In this document: positions 62,170 through 64,000 of the stretch, piece after piece | How the letters are laid out: every line of letters begins with the position of its first letter | How positions within the stretch are numbered: the first letter of the stretch is position 1 | Assembly: GCF_965204015.1 (NCBI RefSeq) | Contig: NZ_OZ241965.1 | Span: forward strand, 375,991-439,990 | Reading direction: 5' to 3' | Origin: Candidatus Poriferisocius sp. | GTDB taxonomy: Bacteria; Actinomycetota; Acidimicrobiia; Acidimicrobiales; Bin134 | Length of the DNA stretch: 64,000 bases | The notes under the pieces: model-generated | Told to the model about the DNA's origin: nothing | The model's input: only the letters and a program-made list of their open reading frames with translations | Database searches by the model: none | Position numbers and translations under genes: made by a program

Positions 62170-63306
62170 ATGCAAAAGACCATTCACCGCTTGCTGGCCC
62201 TACTCGGGTTGGTGCTGGCCTTCTCGTTGATCGCCGCCTCATGCGGCAACGACGACAGCGACGAGGGAGGCGCGGCCCCCGCGGCCCCTGAGGCCACCGA
62301 GGCAGCCACCCAAGCGCCCGAGCCAACAGAGGCGCCGGAAGCAACCGTTGACCTTATTCAGGACGGTGGAACCTTGCAGGCCGTGCTGGATCGCGGTCAT
62401 GTGCTGTGCGGCTCCCGGGATGACGTGCCCGGCTTCGCCCTGCTAAACGAAGACGGCCAATACGAGGGCTTCGACATCGACATGTGCCGGGTGGTGGCGG
62501 CTGCCGTCTTCGGTGACGCCGACGCCGTAGAGATCGTGCCGGTTACCAGCGCCGAGCGCTTCACCGCTTTGGCCTCAGGCCAGTTCGAGGTGATGAACCG
62601 CAACACGACCTGGACCGCCACCCGTGACGGTACCGAGGGCGCCGAATTCTTGTTCACCACCTACTACGACGGCCAGGGCCTCATGGTGCCAGCCTCCACC
62701 GGCTTCACCACCCTGGAAGACCTGGAAGACGCCAACATCTGCGTGAGCACCGGAACCACCACCGAGCTGAACCTCACCGCGGTGTTCGCCGCCCGGGGCA
62801 TCCCCTTCAACCCGGTCACCTTTGAAGGGTTCGACACCCTGGTGCCGGCTTATGAAGAGGGCCAATGTGAGGCGATGACCGCCGACAGCAGCGTGCTCGG
62901 CGTCTACAAGTTCGAGATCGAGGCCAAAGGCGGTCCCGACCAGCACATCATGACCGAGATCATCTCCAAGGAGCCCTTGGGCACCGTGGTGCGTGACGGC
63001 GACTCCCAGTGGGCACAGGTTGTGAACTGGGCCACCATGGCCACTGTGCAAGCCTGGGAGTTCGGACTCGACTCCAGCAACATCGGCAGCTACGACGGCA
63101 ATGACCCCAACATCTTGAACTTCCTGGGCCGCGACGGCTTCGATCCCGGCCTCGGCCTGCCCACCGACTTCGCCGTCAATGTGGTGGAGCAAGTGGGTAA
63201 CTACGAGGAGATCTTCAACCGCTATCCGCAGTTGGGTGTCCTCGAAGGCAGCGTGAACGACCTCTGGACCAACGGCGGGCTCATGTACGTTCCGCCGTAC
63301 CGCTAG
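62170..63306 (+). CDS. amino-acid ABC transporter substrate-binding lipoprotein (AapJ/BztA-like)
   Basis: It has a lipobox (LIAASCGND). The family-3 SBP core follows (GFDIDMCRVVAAAVFGD, NRNTTWT, YDGQG). Confidence 0.85.
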   Translation: MQKTIHRLLALLGLVLAFSLIAASCGNDDSDEGGAAPAAPEATEAATQAPEPTEAPEATVDLIQDGGTLQAVLDRGHVLCGSRDDVPGFALLNEDGQYEGFDIDMCRVVAAAVFGDADAVEIVPVTSAERFTALASGQFEVMNRNTTWTATRDGTEGAEFLFTTYYDGQGLMVPASTGFTTLEDLEDANICVSTGTTTELNLTAVFAARGIPFNPVTFEGFDTLVPAYEEGQCEAMTADSSVLGVYKFEIEAKGGPDQHIMTEIISKEPLGTVVRDGDSQWAQVVNWATMATVQAWEFGLDSSNIGSYDGNDPNILNFLGRDGFDPGLGLPTDFAVNVVEQVGNYEEIFNRYPQLGVLEGSVNDLWTNGGLMYVPPYR

Positions 63307-63349
63307 GGAAAACCCCGCTCGTCTCGTGACGGGCAACAACTGACGCGAT

Positions 63350-63384
63350 GAGCGGCCCACCGGTCACCGACCGGTGGGCCGCTC
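63350..63384 (+). terminator. perfect 15-bp-stem hairpin between the SBP and permease genes (attenuator/terminator candidate)
   Basis: GAGCGGCCCACCGGT-CACCG-ACCGGTGGGCCGCTC, followed by TCGTCT. There is no strong U-tract. Confidence 0.5.
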
Positions 63385-63411
63385 TCGTCTAATGTTCAAG
63401 GTCACACTGCT

Positions 63412-64000
63412 ATGAGCAGCCCTGCCGATCTCGCCAGTACGCCAGCTGATCTCACCGCAGTACCTTCCGCGCCTCTCAGCCGCAGAGTGCTGGCGTTGTT
63501 GGCCGATCTGGTGATCCTGGCCCTCGTTGCCGCCATCTCGGTTTGGCAGCTGGGCCTGCGCCTGCTCGACGACTACAGCGACATCCCGGAACTCGCTCTC
63601 GCCTGGGTATTCCTGGTGGCAGTGCCTGTGGCGGTCGTTGCCATCGTTGTGATCGATGCGGCGCGCATCGGACAGACGCCAGGCATGGCCGCGGCCGGCA
63701 TTCGCACCATTCACGACGGCACGACAAAGCGGGCTCTCCCCACCGATGATCCGAGAGTCCCTGAACCCGGTATCCCTGCTCTGTGGCGCGACGTGCGAGT
63801 CCTCCGATTAGTTGCACAAGTGCTGGCCGTGATTGTTGTCGTAGCCCTCATCCGATGGATGTTCCACAACCTCATCGTGAGGATGGACGAAGTTGGCCTG
63901 CCCAAGGGCTTCGACTTTCTCGAATCCCCCTACGGGGTAGCCCTGCGGGACGCCCATGGCTTTGACGTACGCGATCCCGTGTGGAGGGGGCTGCTCATCG
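63412..64000 (+). CDS. amino-acid ABC transporter permease with N-terminal RDD-like extension (3' end off window)
   Basis: Not in the ORF track. My translation from the ATG at 63412 is open to the window end: MSSPADLAS...RRVLALLADLVILALVAAIS...ARIGQTPGMAAAGIR...LIRWMFHNLIVRMDEVGLPKGFDFLESPYGV. The last part resembles AapQ/BztB N-termini. Confidence 0.65.
   Translation, partial: MSSPADLASTPADLTAVPSAPLSRRVLALLADLVILALVAAISVWQLGLRLLDDYSDIPELALAWVFLVAVPVAVVAIVVIDAARIGQTPGMAAAGIRTIHDGTTKRALPTDDPRVPEPGIPALWRDVRVLRLVAQVLAVIVVVALIRWMFHNLIVRMDEVGLPKGFDFLESPYGVALRDAHGFDVRDPVWRGLLI

Overview
This is a 64-kb piece of a high-GC Actinomycetota-type chromosome. All calls come from reading the supplied ORF translations and the DNA by eye, with no database search.

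First half: the conserved actinobacterial replication and division neighbourhood.
- A thiolase/DUF35 pair, dnaE, bpa, an Rrf2 regulator, rluD, lspA, a DksA-like gene and ileS.
- Convergent on ileS, a very compact minus-strand dcw cluster: mraZ-rsmH-ftsL-ftsI-murE-mraY-murD-ftsW-murG-murC-murB-ftsQ-ftsZ-yggS-sepF. There is no ftsA.
- Most junctions from rsmH to ftsQ are 4-nt start/stop overlaps.
- murF is missing between murE and mraY. No yggT or divIVA follows sepF.
- The lineage may be Acidimicrobiia-like, but that is a guess.

Second half:
- A small, visibly lower-GC islet with two toxin-antitoxin-like pairs (DUF2442/DUF4160 and RHH/MazF).
- An acyl-CoA dehydrogenase operon that ends in an alpha/beta hydrolase with glycine at the nucleophile position.
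- A split, convergent suf Fe-S locus. sufC-sufS-sufU on the + strand faces sufB-orf-sufD-Rieske-sufC'-PCD on the - strand. A Rieske-oxygenase/SDR/TetR cassette lies between them.
- CapA-like and eIF2B-like genes, class I fumarase, an acyl-CoA synthetase, a class E sortase, a GH63-like/GT4 pair, NUDIX, an LLM oxidoreductase, and the start of an amino-acid ABC transporter.

I call about 68 CDS. I found no rRNA, tRNA, CRISPR array, transposase or integrase.

The candidate I consider most likely to be new is a 123-aa protein with four cysteines and a polybasic tail, translationally coupled between sufB and sufD.

Other sequence-level observations:
- GTGGG repeats in 10-bp register upstream of mraZ.
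- Four phased DnaA-box-like CCACA repeats in the dnaE leader.
- A palindrome plus triple direct repeat upstream of the Rieske oxygenase operon.
- A structured 258-nt mraZ-rsmH spacer.
- A perfect 12-bp tandem duplication that creates a mini-ORF.

Most of the window is ordinary core genome.
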